From NCBI RefSeq assembly GCF_006345805.1, contig NC_042998.1, positions 30,876,001 to 30,940,000 on the forward strand: a DNA stretch of 64,000 bases, given 5' to 3'. The position numbers were made by a program, and so were the translations under genes. This document shows positions 12,226 through 25,262 of the stretch, piece by piece; the stretch's first letter is position 1; each line of letters begins with the position of its first letter. The notes beneath the pieces were generated by a model, which saw only the letters and a program-made list of their open reading frames with translations, did not search any database and had not been told where the DNA came from. This DNA comes from Octopus sinensis (Eukaryota).

Positions 12226-12314
12226 GATGATAACTGTTTTTTTTTTTCATTATTATGTTACGTGATATGTTTCAAGAGATATTTTACCTCTGTAATATAT
12301 ATACTGAATTTCAG

Positions 12315-12520
12315 CATGTGGCAAAGGAGAAATATGGTCAACTGAGCCCGTATGCGATAACACATGCAACAATATTTTCGGACCTATGAATAATTCCTTA
12401 TGTAAGGCACCACAGAAAGGCTGTAAATGCAAAAAGAACTTTTTTAGAGACTTAAGAGGCAAATGTGTTCCAAGACAAGATTGCAGTGTATTTTGTTATG
12501 TTGGTGGTTTAATAAAACAG
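12315..12520 (+). CDS. SCO-spondin-like exon, TIL domain plus start of VWC
   Basis: tttcag acceptor, gtaagt donor. Phase 1 to 0. Reads TCGKGEIWSTEPVCDNTCNNIFGPMNNSLCKAPQKGCKCKKNFFRDLRGKCVPRQDCSVFCYVGGLIKQ; TIL-type GCxC...CV...C spacing. Confidence 0.92.
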
Positions 12521-13239
12521 GTAAGTCTAAGTTAGGTTAATTTATTTTGTATTTGCTTAAAGTTATCATAGCTTTTAACACATTTTCTTTTAATTTTAGC
12601 TTTCCAAATAACTGATTGATGAAAATAAAAAATTGAAAAAAAAAAAACAGATTTTGATAATTTAGCTAATTATACATTTTACGTTTATGAATATATCTTT
12701 GAGAAGGACAGATAAACTAATTAGGAAACCCATTAGTATATTTGTTCTGTTAAATTAACGAAGCTTTCTTTTCCAATTTTAGAATTTACCATAATCTAAT
12801 TTTATAGTGTAGAGACACATGTCCTAGTGGTTAGAGCAACAGACTCACGGTCGAGGGATCGCGGGTTTGAATCTCAGACCGGGCGATGTGTGTGTTTATG
12901 AGTGAAACACCTAAGCTCCATGCAGCTCCGGCAGAAGGTAATGGCGAACTTCTGCTGACTCTTTCGCCACAACTTTCTCTCACTCTTTCCTCCTGCATCT
13001 TGCAGCTCACCTGCAATGGATCAGTGTCCCATCTAGGTGGGGATCCTATGCACCAAGGAAACCCGGAAACCGGCCCTTATGAGCCAGGCTTGGCTCGAGA
13101 AGGAACAAACATAATTTTATAGTATCGCAAAGAAATAATTTTGCAGTCTATTCTAAAGCTATGCAATGTGACTGATACTAAATTCTGTTAATAATTATGT
13201 GACTCAAGTTGTTGTAACTCAATATTATTTATTTCTCAG

Positions 13240-13344
13240 GAGAATGAAATGTGGACTAACCCTAAAAACAATTGTTCCAAATGCGAATGCATTGCAGGTA
13301 AAACAAGATGTCACCCAATTTGTAAATCACCTTCGTGTAAAAAG
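13240..13344 (+). CDS. SCO-spondin-like exon, VWC domain
   Basis: atttctcag acceptor, gtaagt donor. Phase 0 to 0. Reads ENEMWTNPKNNCSKCECIAGKTRCHPICKSPSCKK. Confidence 0.92.
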
Positions 13345-14312
13345 GTAAGTTTATAACTGATTACTTAAATCTTTTTCTCTTTTTTATTTCTTTAACTTGT
13401 TTCAATCATTTGACTGTGGCCATGCTGGAGCACCATCTTTTGTCAAGCAAATCGACCCCAGGACTTATTCGTTGTAAACCTAGTACTTATTCTATCAGTC
13501 TCTTTTGCTGAACCGCTAAGTTACGGGACGTAAACACACCACCATCGGTTGTCAAGCAATGGTAGGGGGACAAACACAGACACACAAACATATACATACA
13601 TGCATATATATATATAAGTTACAAAGATATAAACACACCAGCAACAGTTGTCAAGCAATGTTGTGGGGGAACAAACACTGACACACAAACACATACACAT
13701 ACATACATACATACATACATATATACAATGGGCTTCTTTCAGTTTCCGTCTATCAAATCCACTCACAAGGCTTTGGTCAGCCCAAGGCTATAGTAGAAGA
13801 CACTTGCCCAAGGTGCCACACAGTGGGATTGAACCTAGAACCATGTGGTTTGTAAGAAAGCTACGTATCACACAACCACTCTTACATCTTCTTAAAACTT
13901 TTTGCAAGTGCAGCTGCGGAGTTATATCTATGATGACATGGTTTTGGGTTCAATCTTGCTGTGTTGTTCTGGAGACAAGTTTCTTGTGGATCCATAACTA
14001 TCTCTCTATGTATGTGAAGTGTGTGTGTATGGGTGTGTGTTTGTAGTATGTGTAGGTGCCAGCGTGGCTCTGTGGTAAGAAGTTTGTTTCCCAACCACAT
14101 GGTTCTGGTTTCAATCCCACTACCTGGAATATTTTGCAAGTGTCTTCTACTATGGCCTCAGGCTGACCAAAGCCACGTGAGTAGATTTGATAGGCATAAA
14201 CTGAAAGAAGCCCGCCATATTTAAGGCGGTACTCCAGCACGGCCACAGTCAAATGACTGAAACAAATAAAAGAATAAAATAAAATGTGTGTGCATGGGTG
14301 AGTGTGTGGGTG

Positions 14313-14381
<69 letters not shown>

Positions 14382-16120
14382 GTGTGTGTGCGTGTGTGTG
14401 TGTGCATCTTTCTGTTTGTATTTACCCACCCACACACCTGCTTGATTATTTGTCTCAGTGTGTTTAGGTCCCTATAACTTAGCAGTTAGGCAACAGATAC
14501 AATAGAATAAATACCAAAACAGGCTTAAAATAATAAAAAAATACTGGGGTCAATCCATTTGAGTAAAATTCTTCAAGGTGGTGCCCCAGCATGGCCACAG
14601 TTTAATGACTGAAATAAATAACAGATAAGAGATCTGGGGGCACAAGGCTTGAAATTTTGGAGGAGAGGGTAAGTTGATTACATCAACCCCCCCCCCTTCC
14701 AGTACTTGACCAGTACTTAATTTATCAACCCTAAAAGGATGAAAGTTAAAGTCAACCTCGGTAGAATTTGAACTCAAAACCTAGCGGCAGACAAAATACC
14801 GCTAAGCATTTCACCGAGTGTGCTAACGATTCTTTTTTGTACTCTAGGCACAAGGCCCAAAACTTTTTTCAGGAGTGGAGGCCAGTCAATTAGATCAACC
14901 CTAGTATGCAACTGGTACTTAATTTATTGACCCCGAATGGATGAAAGGCAAAGTTGACCTCAGTGGAATTTGAACTCAGAATGTAAAGACAGACGATATA
15001 CTGCTAAGCATTTTGCCCAGTGTGCTAACATTTCTGCCAGCTCGCCACCTTAATAATGATAATAATAATTATTATTTCAAAGTGTTACCACAAGGGCAGC
15101 TTGGGGAAGGTGGGGATGAGTCGAATACATTGACCCTAGTGTTCAACTGGTACTTATTTTATGAACCCAGAAAGGATGAAAGGCAAAGTCAACCTCGGCA
15201 GAATTTGAACTCAGAACACAGCAGCAGATAAAATACCACTTTAGCTTTAAATAATATCACTATTTCTGAAGAAGCATTATTGTTTACACCTGCTTTAAAA
15301 AACATGTCCCACCATTGTGTGGTTTGTCAGGTGAAAGTCCAGGAGATAAAGCACCTTACTTAGAAACAAGTTAAGACTGGCAGCAGGATTGGCTTTTGTC
15401 CACAAAATACTGCTTTAACTTGTTTTGTCCAACTCATGCCCGGAAAGAACAATGCACTTATTAAAACTGATGACACTATGTGTGTGTATTTGTGAAGGTG
15501 GTGAGTTAGCTAAACCATTATACTGTTGACAGCTTTAATTATAAATTTTCTTCTAAACATTTTACTAAGGCTAACACTCATCCTCATCATCATCATTTAA
15601 CGTCCATTTTCCATGCTAGCATGGGTTGGACGATTTTGACTGAGGACTGGTGAACCAGATGGCTGCACCAGGCTCCAATCTTGATCTGGCAGAGTTTCTA
15701 CAGCTGGATGCCCTTCCTAACACCAACCACTCCAAGAGTGTAGTGGGTGCTTTTTACGTGCCACCTGCACAGGGGCCTGTCAGGCGGTACTGGCAACGAC
15801 CTTGCTCGAATGTTTTTACATGTGACACACTATGACTTGATAATCCCTAACAATAGTTATACTTTCCTTTGATACATTTAAGTATTCCATAATTTCTTAG
15901 TGAATCAAATGAAATATTTTTAAGCAGTTCTCACAGGTTCAAAGTCTGCTACAGAATTTATATTGTTACAATGTAACTTTAATCAACCAAGATGAGAAGA
16001 CTTGTAAATTTTCTTCCTTTATTGTTGGAGACACAAGCAAGGCATCTCCTATGGAAATTATGTTAGAAATCAATAATTAAAACATTTATTTAATCACATT
16101 CCATTTTTATGACATTGTAG

Positions 16121-16181
16121 GATGAAACCTTATTTTACTTGGAGACTGATCCTTGTTGTCCAGTTTGTCGAAAGAAAGAAG
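16121..16181 (+). CDS. SCO-spondin-like exon, end of VWC domain (CCPxC)
   Basis: ttgtag acceptor, gtaaat donor. Phase 0 to 1. Reads DETLFYLETDPCCPVCRKKE. Confidence 0.9.
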
Positions 16182-16639
16182 GTAAATAGAGAAATTTTAT
16201 TCAAAAACTTTTCATAATGAATTATGCATTTTACAAATTTCACATTAGCATTTTCAAATTGTTTCTGCATTTCATTTACCACAGGTGTGGTGGAGGCATT
16301 CAAGCAGGTGTGAAAATATTAACTTGCACTACAAATAAATGTTTAACTCTCTGTATGGGACACATATTATCGTTTGCTTTAGATTAACTATGAGGATTAA
16401 TGAGGGATAAGAGACAGATTACTTGAGAACATTACTATCACTCTAATTGTATTATCCAAGTTTATTACTCGTACTCTAGCATATTATATTGGGAAAGTTT
16501 TAAGTAATGACCCTGAGAGCTCCTATGGTTCACAAAATCATTTATTGCATTAAGTTTATATGTCAGGTGACAATCAGCTGATAGGCATTGGTCTTATTTA
16601 GATTCCATCTACTATTTACCAGGTAACTTTTGCAGAGAT

Positions 16640-17023
16640 GATGGAAGCACTCCGTCGGTTACGACGACGAGGGTTCCGGTTGATCCGATCAATGGAACAG
16701 CCTGCTCGTGAAATTAACGTGTAAGTGGCTGAGCACTCCACAGACACGTGTACCCTTAACGTAGTTCTCGGGGATATTCAGCGTGACACAGAGAGTGACA
16801 AGGCCGGCCCTTTGAAATACAGGTACAACAGAAACAGGAAGTAAGAGTGAGAGAAAGTTGTGGTGAAAGAGTACAGCAGGGATCACCACCATCCCTGCCG
16901 GAGCCTCGTGGAGCTTTTAGGTGTTTTCGCTCAATAAACACTCACAACGCCCGGTCTGGGAATTGAAACCGCGATCCTACGACCGCGAGTCCGCTGCCCT
17001 AACCACTGGGCCATTGCGCCTCC
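16640..17023 (-). mobile_element. SINE family D with 14-bp TSD
   Basis: TSD acttttgcagagat at 16626-16639 and 17024-17037; tRNA-like head gaggcgcaatggcccagtggttagg. Confidence 0.92.
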
Positions 17024-18818
17024 ACTTTTGCAGAGATAACTTCCATTACAAAAGCAAGAACACTCAAAATCTGTTACTTTCACTTTTAATTTATTTCTAG
17101 CAAGTACTGTCTACTATGAAGTGTTAACAAGCTTTGTTGCACTCCCAAAACCTGTTCACAGACATATCTCCAATGGCCACAGTGCTAAGTGCCACAAACT
17201 TTTGACACTTCATTGTAGACAGCATCAGGCAGAAAATATGGCTGTCTATAAAAGCACATCTTCAGTAATAAAAAAAATCTCTTAGGAAACCTATTGAGTC
17301 AAGTACAGCAACATCAAAATAAATATCAAATGGAAATTGTAGTTGTGATACCTATACCGGTGGCACGTAAAAAGCACCATCCAAACGTGGACAATGCCAA
17401 CACCGCCTTGACTGGCTTCTGTGCTGATGGCCCGTAAAAAGCACCAACCGATCGTAGCCGCTGCCAGCCTCCTCTGGCACCTGTGCCGGTGGCATGTAAA
17501 AAAAGCACCCACTACACTCACGGAGTGGTTGGCATTAGAAAGGGCATCCAGCTGTAGAAACACTGCCAGATCAGACTGGAGCCTGGTACAGCCTCCTGGC
17601 TTCCCAGACCCCGGTCGAACCGTCCAACCCATGCTAGCATGGAAAACGGTCGTTAAACGATGATGATGATGATATAATGTCAAGCTGTAGTAGTGATACC
17701 AAAGCTTTACTATAACTCTGAAATCAATACATCATACAAGAGCCACACAAAATGCAACTCAGCACATTCTTCCAAATAATTCCATTACACAAATTAACCC
17801 TTTTTATACCAAGATTCTGCCCAAGCCTACCTTTATTTCTATGTTACTCACTTCCTGTTTTAAAGTGGTCGAAATTAAAAGTTTCCATGAAAATTTCTTG
17901 CTAATTCATGTTCCAAAAACTGGGTTAATAATGGAAGTTACTTTACAAACTTTTTTGTAATTTTCAAAATTAACTGAAACAAAGGCACGTAAAAGCAGCC
18001 ATGCTGGAGCTACATGAAAAGCACCCAGTACGTTCTGCAATGTTGAGGGGACAAACACAAACATACACACACGCATACATTTATATATATATATATATAT
18101 TAATAATTATTTGGGGGAATATTATTCTAACTTACAGGGAAAAATTCAATTTAGAAATACTAAATTAAATTTCACAAAATATAATATATATATATATAGA
18201 AATTATTAAAAAAAACCTTTTATCAATTCAAAATGAACAATTAAATTACACCATCTAGAAAATTACATATAATAGAAATATTAAAATTAAAATAACAATA
18301 ATATACCGATGATTAAGTAAATTGCAAAATAATATTAAAAACCTTTAAAAGGTGGTTTTTTTTCTAATTTATATACATATATATGAGGAGCTTCTTTCAG
18401 TTTCTCTCTACCAAATCCACTTACAAGGCTTTGGTCAGCCTGAGACTATAGTAGAATATACTTACCCAAGGTGCCATGCAGTGGGACTGAACCTGGAACC
18501 ATGTGGTTTGTAAGCAAGCTACTTACCACACAGACACTCTTATGCCGAAAATATAAATAATATTTATGTATGAGATATCTGAAAAATTTCAGTAAAATGT
18601 GATAGGTTTTCTTCAAGATTTCTTCAATGATTTCATGACTGTGTGGCAAGAAGTTTACTTCTGGATTCAATCTGACTCTGTGGCACCTTTGACAAGTGTC
18701 TTCTGCTATAGTCATGGGCCAACCAGCACCTTGTGAGTAGATTTGGTGGCTGGAAACTGAAAGAAGCCTATTGTGTGTTGTGTGTGTGTGTGTTGTGTGT
18801 GTGTATATATATATATAT

Positions 18819-18856
<38 letters not shown>

Positions 18857-18882
18857 TAGCCTTGTTTCAGCTAGTTTGTGAA

Positions 18883-19207
18883 GGCGCATGGCTCAGTGGT
18901 TAGAGCGTCGAGCTTACGATCGTGAGGTTGTGAGCTCGAATCCCGGACGGGCTGCGTGTTGTGTTCTTGAGCAAGGCACTTTATTTCCAGTTCACTCAGC
19001 TGTAGAAATGAGTTGCGACGTCACTGGTGCCAAGCTGTATCGACCTTTGTCTTTCCCTTGGATAACACTGGTGGCGTGGAGAGGGGAGGCTGGTATGCAT
19101 GGGCGACTGCTGGTCTTCCATAAACAACCTTGCCCGGACTTGTGTCTAGGAGGTTAACTTTCTAGGTGCAATCCCAAGGTCATTCATGACCGAAGGGGGT
19201 CTTTACC
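18883..19207 (+). mobile_element. SINE family E (tRNA-like head); 5'-truncated copy near 37150-37415
   Basis: ggcgcatggctcagtggttagagcg...gctcgaatccc head; the body is shared with 37150-37415. Confidence 0.85.
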
Positions 19208-19242
<35 letters not shown>

Positions 19243-19446
19243 TAATACATTTCTAAATATCTCAGAGAGATTTATGCAGTAGTGGTACAATAAAGTAGTT
19301 GTATACTGTCAACTTAATGTGACAGTCCCATAAAGGGAATCATATTACAGCTATTTAGCCCTAGGTACCAGCAACACTTCCTGTTGGCCTTGACACATTT
19401 CCTGTGTCCTTAAGTTTACAAGGGGGAGATAAGCACCTCCACCCAG

Positions 19447-19492
<46 letters not shown>

Positions 19493-19750
19493 GTGTGTTT
19501 ATGCATGTGTGTGTCTTTTTGCCTGTGTTTGTGGGTTTACCTCTTTGTAACTTAGCAGCTCAGCAAAATGGAATGATAGAGTAAAGCTTAAAACAAGATA
19601 ACTACTGATGTCAATTTATTCAACTAAAATTCTTCAAGGTGGTGCTCCAGCATAGCCACAATCTAATGACTGAAACAAGTAAAAGATAAAAGAGAACAGG
19701 TGTTCCATGAGCTGAAAAAAGTTTAACTAACAAAATCCTATTTCTTTCAG

Positions 19751-20055
19751 AAATACAATGTGCATTGAAGTCGAAATTCATATTCCTGGAAAACAAGACA
19801 AGCAATTGCCGCTCTGTTGAAAAAGTGAAGGTATCGTATTGCTCTGGTGAATGTGGTGGAAGCTATTCTGTACCGAAACTTCTCACAGAACAAAAGTTCT
19901 ATAATTATAATGATATCTTTGACAATCAATGCTTATGCTGTCAGAGCAGAACATCGAAAATTAAGGAAGTTATTGCTCTGTGTGGAGCCCAGCAAAGTGA
20001 AACCGTGATGTATTACCCTGATGTCTGCAGCTGTGAATGTAATCGTTGCAAGTAA
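19751..20055 (+). CDS. SCO-spondin-like last coding exon, C-terminal cystine knot (CTCK)
   Basis: Acceptor tttctttcag, phase 1, stop taa at 20053-20055. Reads EIQCALK...SNCRSVEKVKVSYCSGECGGSYS...NQCLCCQSR...ALCG...DVCSCECNRCK*, with CxGxC, CxCC and CxCxxC motifs. Confidence 0.94.
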
Positions 20056-20128
20056 AGTAAGTAAGATATATATACGTTTATATATTTGTTTTGCAAGATT
20101 CTTGATGTGAAATCATGTGTTGAAGCAG

Positions 20129-20330
20129 ATGTTGTTGTATTTAGGAATGGTCATTTTGCCAGTTTAGCCAATAAAAACACACGCATTATATTTTGGTGTT
20201 AATTTGCTGAAATAAGATTAAGATTAATGTAAAAAATAAATAACGCTGAAGCAAATTAATACCAAATAGATAGTGCGTGTGTTTTTATTGGCTAAACTGG
20301 CAAAATGACCATCCCCAAATACAACAACAT
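20129..20330. repeat. 80-bp inverted repeat just downstream of the SCO-spondin-like stop codon
   Basis: 20129-20208 pairs with 20250-20330; 41-nt loop. Confidence 0.9.
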
Positions 20331-20484
20331 AAGATATTAGTGTTATTGTTATTCATGCTGCTGGGTAAATTTTTGGTATGAATATTACTCATCGAGAAAA
20401 TTCTCTGATGGAAATCATTGATCTTTAACTCTAGTTGAACAGATGTGAGAAGAAAGACATTCTAGTTGCAATTATCTACAGCTA

Positions 20485-21135
20485 TTAAGGTAGCAAGCTG
20501 GCAGAATCATTAGCACTCCAGGCGAAATGCTTAGCAGCATTTCATCTGCCGTTACGTTCTGAGTTCAAATTCCACCGAGGTCAGCTTTGCCTTTCATCCT
20601 TTCGAGGTCAATAAATTAAGTACCAGTTGTGTACTGGGGTCGATCTAATTGACTGGTCCCCTCCTGCAAAATTTCAGGCCTTGTACCTAGAGTAGAAAAG
20701 ATTAAAGGCAGCAAGCTGGCAGAATCATTAGCACGCTGGGCAAAATGCTTAGCAGTATTTTGTCTGTCTTTACGTTCTGAGTTCAAATTCTGTCGAGGTC
20801 AACTTTGCCTTTCATCCTTTCAGGGTCTATAAATTAAGTACCAGTTGCGCACTAGGGTCGATCTAATTGACTGTCTCCCTCCCCAAAAATTTCAGGCCTT
20901 GTACCTAGAGTAGAAAAGATTAAAGGCGGCAAGCTGCCAGAATCATTAGCACACTGGTCAAAATGCTTAGTACTATTTTGTCTGTGTTTATGTTCTGAGT
21001 TCAAATTCTGCTGAGGTCAACTTTGCCTTTCATCCTTTCGGGGTCGATAAATTAAGTACTAGTTGCATACTGGGGTCAATCTAATCAACTGGCCCCCTCC
21101 CCCAAAATTTCATGCCTTGTGCCTAGAGTAGAAAA
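20485..21135 (+). mobile_element. SINE family A, three tandem units of about 217 bp
   Basis: Units start near 20485, 20701 and 20919 (aaggcagcaagctggcagaatc) and end ...ctagagtagaaaa. Confidence 0.88.
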
Positions 21136-22039
21136 AAATTATCTCGTGTTATTTCTTTTTTGTTTTTACATAGATTATAATTATCCCAGACTACACTACT
21201 TTATATGTCCTTAAAAGATAACAGTGTTGTTTGGGGGGAGATTTTGCTAATGTCTGTGGCTTATTTTGCTGAAAATTTTCAGTTTTTGCATTTTATATAT
21301 ATTGTTGTCAAAGAAGTTTGGCTAATGAATTTATATCCTGATTACAATCTGTTGATGTCTACATTACTTACTCATGGGAATAATATTTCTTCTCATTTGC
21401 AACACAAGACTCTTTTGTTTGCTGCTCTTACAAGCGCCATATTAATCATTTTTCAAAAACTAATTTTATATAGAAAATTTCTTCCATAACTTTTTACAGC
21501 CACACTTAATACTCATAAAACATCAACAGATTGTCACGTTAAACTGACAGCTTCTCACTGCATATTATATTATGCACCATTTTTTTCTCCCTTTTTTATG
21601 GAGAAAGAACCACTTTCATGACATTTGTAGGAACTCTGAGACTGGGGTAGGTTATAAACCATGACTTGTGGCTTGCTGAAGTTGAAAGCACAGCATTCTG
21701 ATATCCAATAATATTCAAACCAGATACAAGGCCAAATATTTTCAATTTTGTGGACTCTGCCAGACGGCAAGCTGGCAGAAATGTTAGCACGCCAGGCGAA
21801 ATGCTTAATGGTATATCGTCTGCTGCTACGTTCTGAGTTCAAATTCCACCAAGCTCAACTTTGCCTTTCATCCTTTCGAGGTCGATAAATTAAGTACCAG
21901 TTACGCACTGGGGTTGATATATCGACTTAATCCATTTGTCTGTCCTTGTTTGTCCCCTCTGTGTTTAGTCCCTTGTGGGTAGTAAAGAAATAGGTATTTC
22001 GTCTGTCTTTATGTTGTGTGTTCAAATTCTGCCATCGTG

Positions 22040-22320
22040 GGAAACGATGCCCCACCCACCATATTAGCTGGACATTGCCCCATCTGATTATCACTTATTG
22101 TACTGTATTCAAAATCATTTGGACAAAAAATATATGAATTCTGTAGACTAGGTCATCACAGACAAGTTAGAAGAGGGGCCTTGTAAGTCTGCCAGATAGA
22201 GGGAAGAGTGTTGTAGAAAATGAAGTATATTTCAGATTCATAAAGAACTTTGTTATCTTAATTTTGAAAAATAAATGAAGTTTTAAAAAAAAAACGCATT
22301 ATTTATGGGATGACCCAATA
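22040..22320 (+). mobile_element. 3' fragment of the same mariner family
   Basis: Matches 43175-43482, including TIR gcattatttatgggatgacccaata. Confidence 0.8.
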
Positions 22321-22697
22321 AATATAAATGATGATATACAAATATAAATATATAAAGCAAGTGTACACGAAGTATGATCATTGCTAGAAATAGCAGCCAG
22401 TGAGTTTACAGAGCTATGTAGAGCTTCACTGAATATTTACAGGCAGAGATGGGTGCAGGCGATGAATATAGGAAAATTCTGTCTTACCTCTATGGAGACT
22501 GTTAAAGGAATAGAGGAAAACTCAATACTGCAGTTTCAAATTCTTCAGATCACTTGTGTGAGTACAAATCTGATTGGTTTATCTTTAGTTGAGTCTACCG
22601 TGGGCAACCAAATTAAAAACAAAATATCCATTACATCTCTGCCTGTTTACTCGGCTGATAGCCTCAATCATAATAAAAACCAAGATCAGTGAAAAAA

Positions 22698-22890
22698 TAT
22701 GCATGAAAATATAAATATTACTAAAATAATATTAATATCCAGCAAGAATAAATCACCATATTGGTAGAATTATAATTCTACCAATATTGGTATTATTATA
22801 ATTGGTAGAATTATAATTCTACCAATATTGGTAGAATTATTCTTGCTAGATATTAATGTTATTTTAGTAATATTTATACTTTCATGCATA
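22698..22890. repeat. Foldback with internal 26-bp perfect palindromes
   Basis: Arms of about 52 bp; attggtagaattataattctaccaat at 22760-22785 and 22801-22826. Confidence 0.85.
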
Positions 22891-23944
22891 TATATATGGC
22901 TGTGTGGTATGTAGCTTGCTTACCAACCACATGGTTCCAGGTTCAGACCCATTGCATGGCACCTTGGGTAAGTGTTTTCTACTATAAGCCTCAGGCCGAC
23001 CAAAACCTTGTGAGTGGATTTGGTAGATGGAAGCTGAAAGAAGCCCATTGTATATATATGTGTATGTATATATATTTCTTCAAGGATGTGACCCAACATT
23101 GCCACAGATACTAATAACTAAAACAAATAAGATATGATTTGAAGGAGTTGAAAATAATTACAATAGGAGAGATAGGAGGGAGCACAACTTCTTTATTTCT
23201 TCATTACCCACAGTGGATGGGGGCTAAACATAGAGGGGACAAACAAGGACAGACAAAGGGATTAAGTTGATTACATTGACCCCAGTGCATTACTGGTACT
23301 TATTTAATCGAACCTGAAAGGATGAAAGGCAAAGTCGACCACAGCGGAATTTGAACTCAGAACTTAACGGCAGATGAAATACCACTAGGCAGTTCGCTTG
23401 GCATGCTAACAATTCTGCCAGCTCGCCACCCTACAATCATGAATGTATTTATTTCTTTATTGCCCACAGAGGGCTAAACATTGAGGGGACAAACAAAATC
23501 AGACAAAGGGATCAAGTCGATTATATCGACCCCAGTGTATAAATGGTACTTATTTAATCGACCCCAAAAGGATGAAAGGCAAAGTCGACCTCAGCGGAAT
23601 TTGAACTCGGAATGTAACGGCAGATGAAATACCGCTAAGCATTTCACCTGGTGTGCTAACGATTCTGCCAGCTCGCTGCTCTGAGGAGTACAACTTATTA
23701 GTGAACTAATAAATCGAATTGCAATAAGTTATTGCTTTCGGAGGGGAGGTTGCCTAGGGTTTTGATATGCATGTGTATTAGCATTGCTATCTTAGATATG
23801 AACAAATTCCTTAAATGTGAGGGTCATTTAAGGCTTTACCAACAACAGAAGTAGCCTCGACTTTTCAGTGGAGCTTTAATAATGTTATATGAATCAGTTT
23901 ATCATGAGAAATCAGAGATTATGATGCTTAGTACTTCTGGTATG

Positions 23945-23953
23945 CATGCATGA

Positions 23954-23990
<37 letters not shown>

Positions 23991-24578
23991 AATTTACATG
24001 TGTGTGTCTGTGTATGGATATGCATATGTGCATGTATGTGTTTATATGTGGGTGTTCATGTGTGTGTATGTATTTATAGGTGTGTGCATCTGCATGTGTA
24101 TACATATGCAGGCATGTGTGTATGTATGTCTTTATGGGTGTGTGTATTCATGTGCACATGTGTGTGTGTTTATACGTGTGTGTGTCTGTGTAGATCTACA
24201 TGTGCATATGCGTACATGTGCGTGCATGTGTGTGTATGAATGTGCACATGTGTGCATGTTTGTGTGTCTTTATATGTATGTGTATGTGTATTTACATGTG
24301 TGTACATGTGTGCATCTGTATGTGCACATGTATGCAGGTATGTGTCTGTGTGTGCATGGATGTGTACATGTGTGCACTTGTGTGTTTATATGTGTGCATG
24401 TATGTGTTTACATGTGTGTGTGCCTATGCCCATGCGCTTGTATGCAGGCATCTGTGTGTGTGCATGTGTCTTTATGGGTGGTTGTATACATGAGCACATG
24501 TGTACATATGTGTGTTTATACATGTGTGTGTATCTATATGTGTGTATGCATGCATGTGTGCATTTGTGTGTGTGTTGT
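23945..24578. repeat. Degenerate (TG/TA/CA) low-complexity tract
   Basis: Alternating purine-pyrimidine sequence over about 630 bp. Confidence 0.95.
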
Positions 24579-24864
24579 AACTAGAAAAGAAGGCTTAATA
24601 AAACAACCACATTATGAAAGAAGAGAGAGAGAAAAAAGTGAGAGATATTGATCCCATATTCAGCCAAACGGCTTACTGCTGTCTCTAAGGTAGAATTCAG
24701 ATGCATTTCCAAGGATGAACACTCAACTAAATAATCAGAATAATACACGTGCAAATATATTGACATAATTTTATATTAATTATAAGCTTTAATAATTATT
24801 GATGGATATCTTGCATAAGACATCAATTACAATTTTCAAATATCTCATTCATTTATATATAAAA

Positions 24865-24932
24865 GTTGTGTGTGCATATATATATACATGTGTGTGTATG
24901 TATGTATGTATGTATGTATGTATGTATGTATG

Positions 24933-24964
<32 letters not shown>

Positions 24965-25262
24965 GTATGTATGCATATAAATGAATATGTGTATGTATGC
25001 ATATAAATGAATATGTGTATGTATGTATGCATATAAATGAATATATTTATGTGTGTATATATATGTGTGTGTGTGTGTATATATATATATATACATATAT
25101 GTATGTATATATGTAAACATATAAATGAATATATGTATGTGTGTATATATATATGTATGTATATATGTAAACATATAAATGAATATATGTATGTGTGTAT
25201 ATATGTATGTATATATATATATGTATACATATAAATGAATATATGTATGTATGTGTGTAGAT
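24865..25262. repeat. (TATG)n/(TA)n tract with repeated ataaatgaatat units
   Basis: Direct inspection. Confidence 0.9.

Noticed and set aside
16285-16385. CGGGIQ...C reading as an extra TSP1 exon
   Set aside because: It needs phase 2 while the upstream exon ends in phase 1, and it lacks the WxxW part. Only the phase 1 terminal-exon reading is kept.
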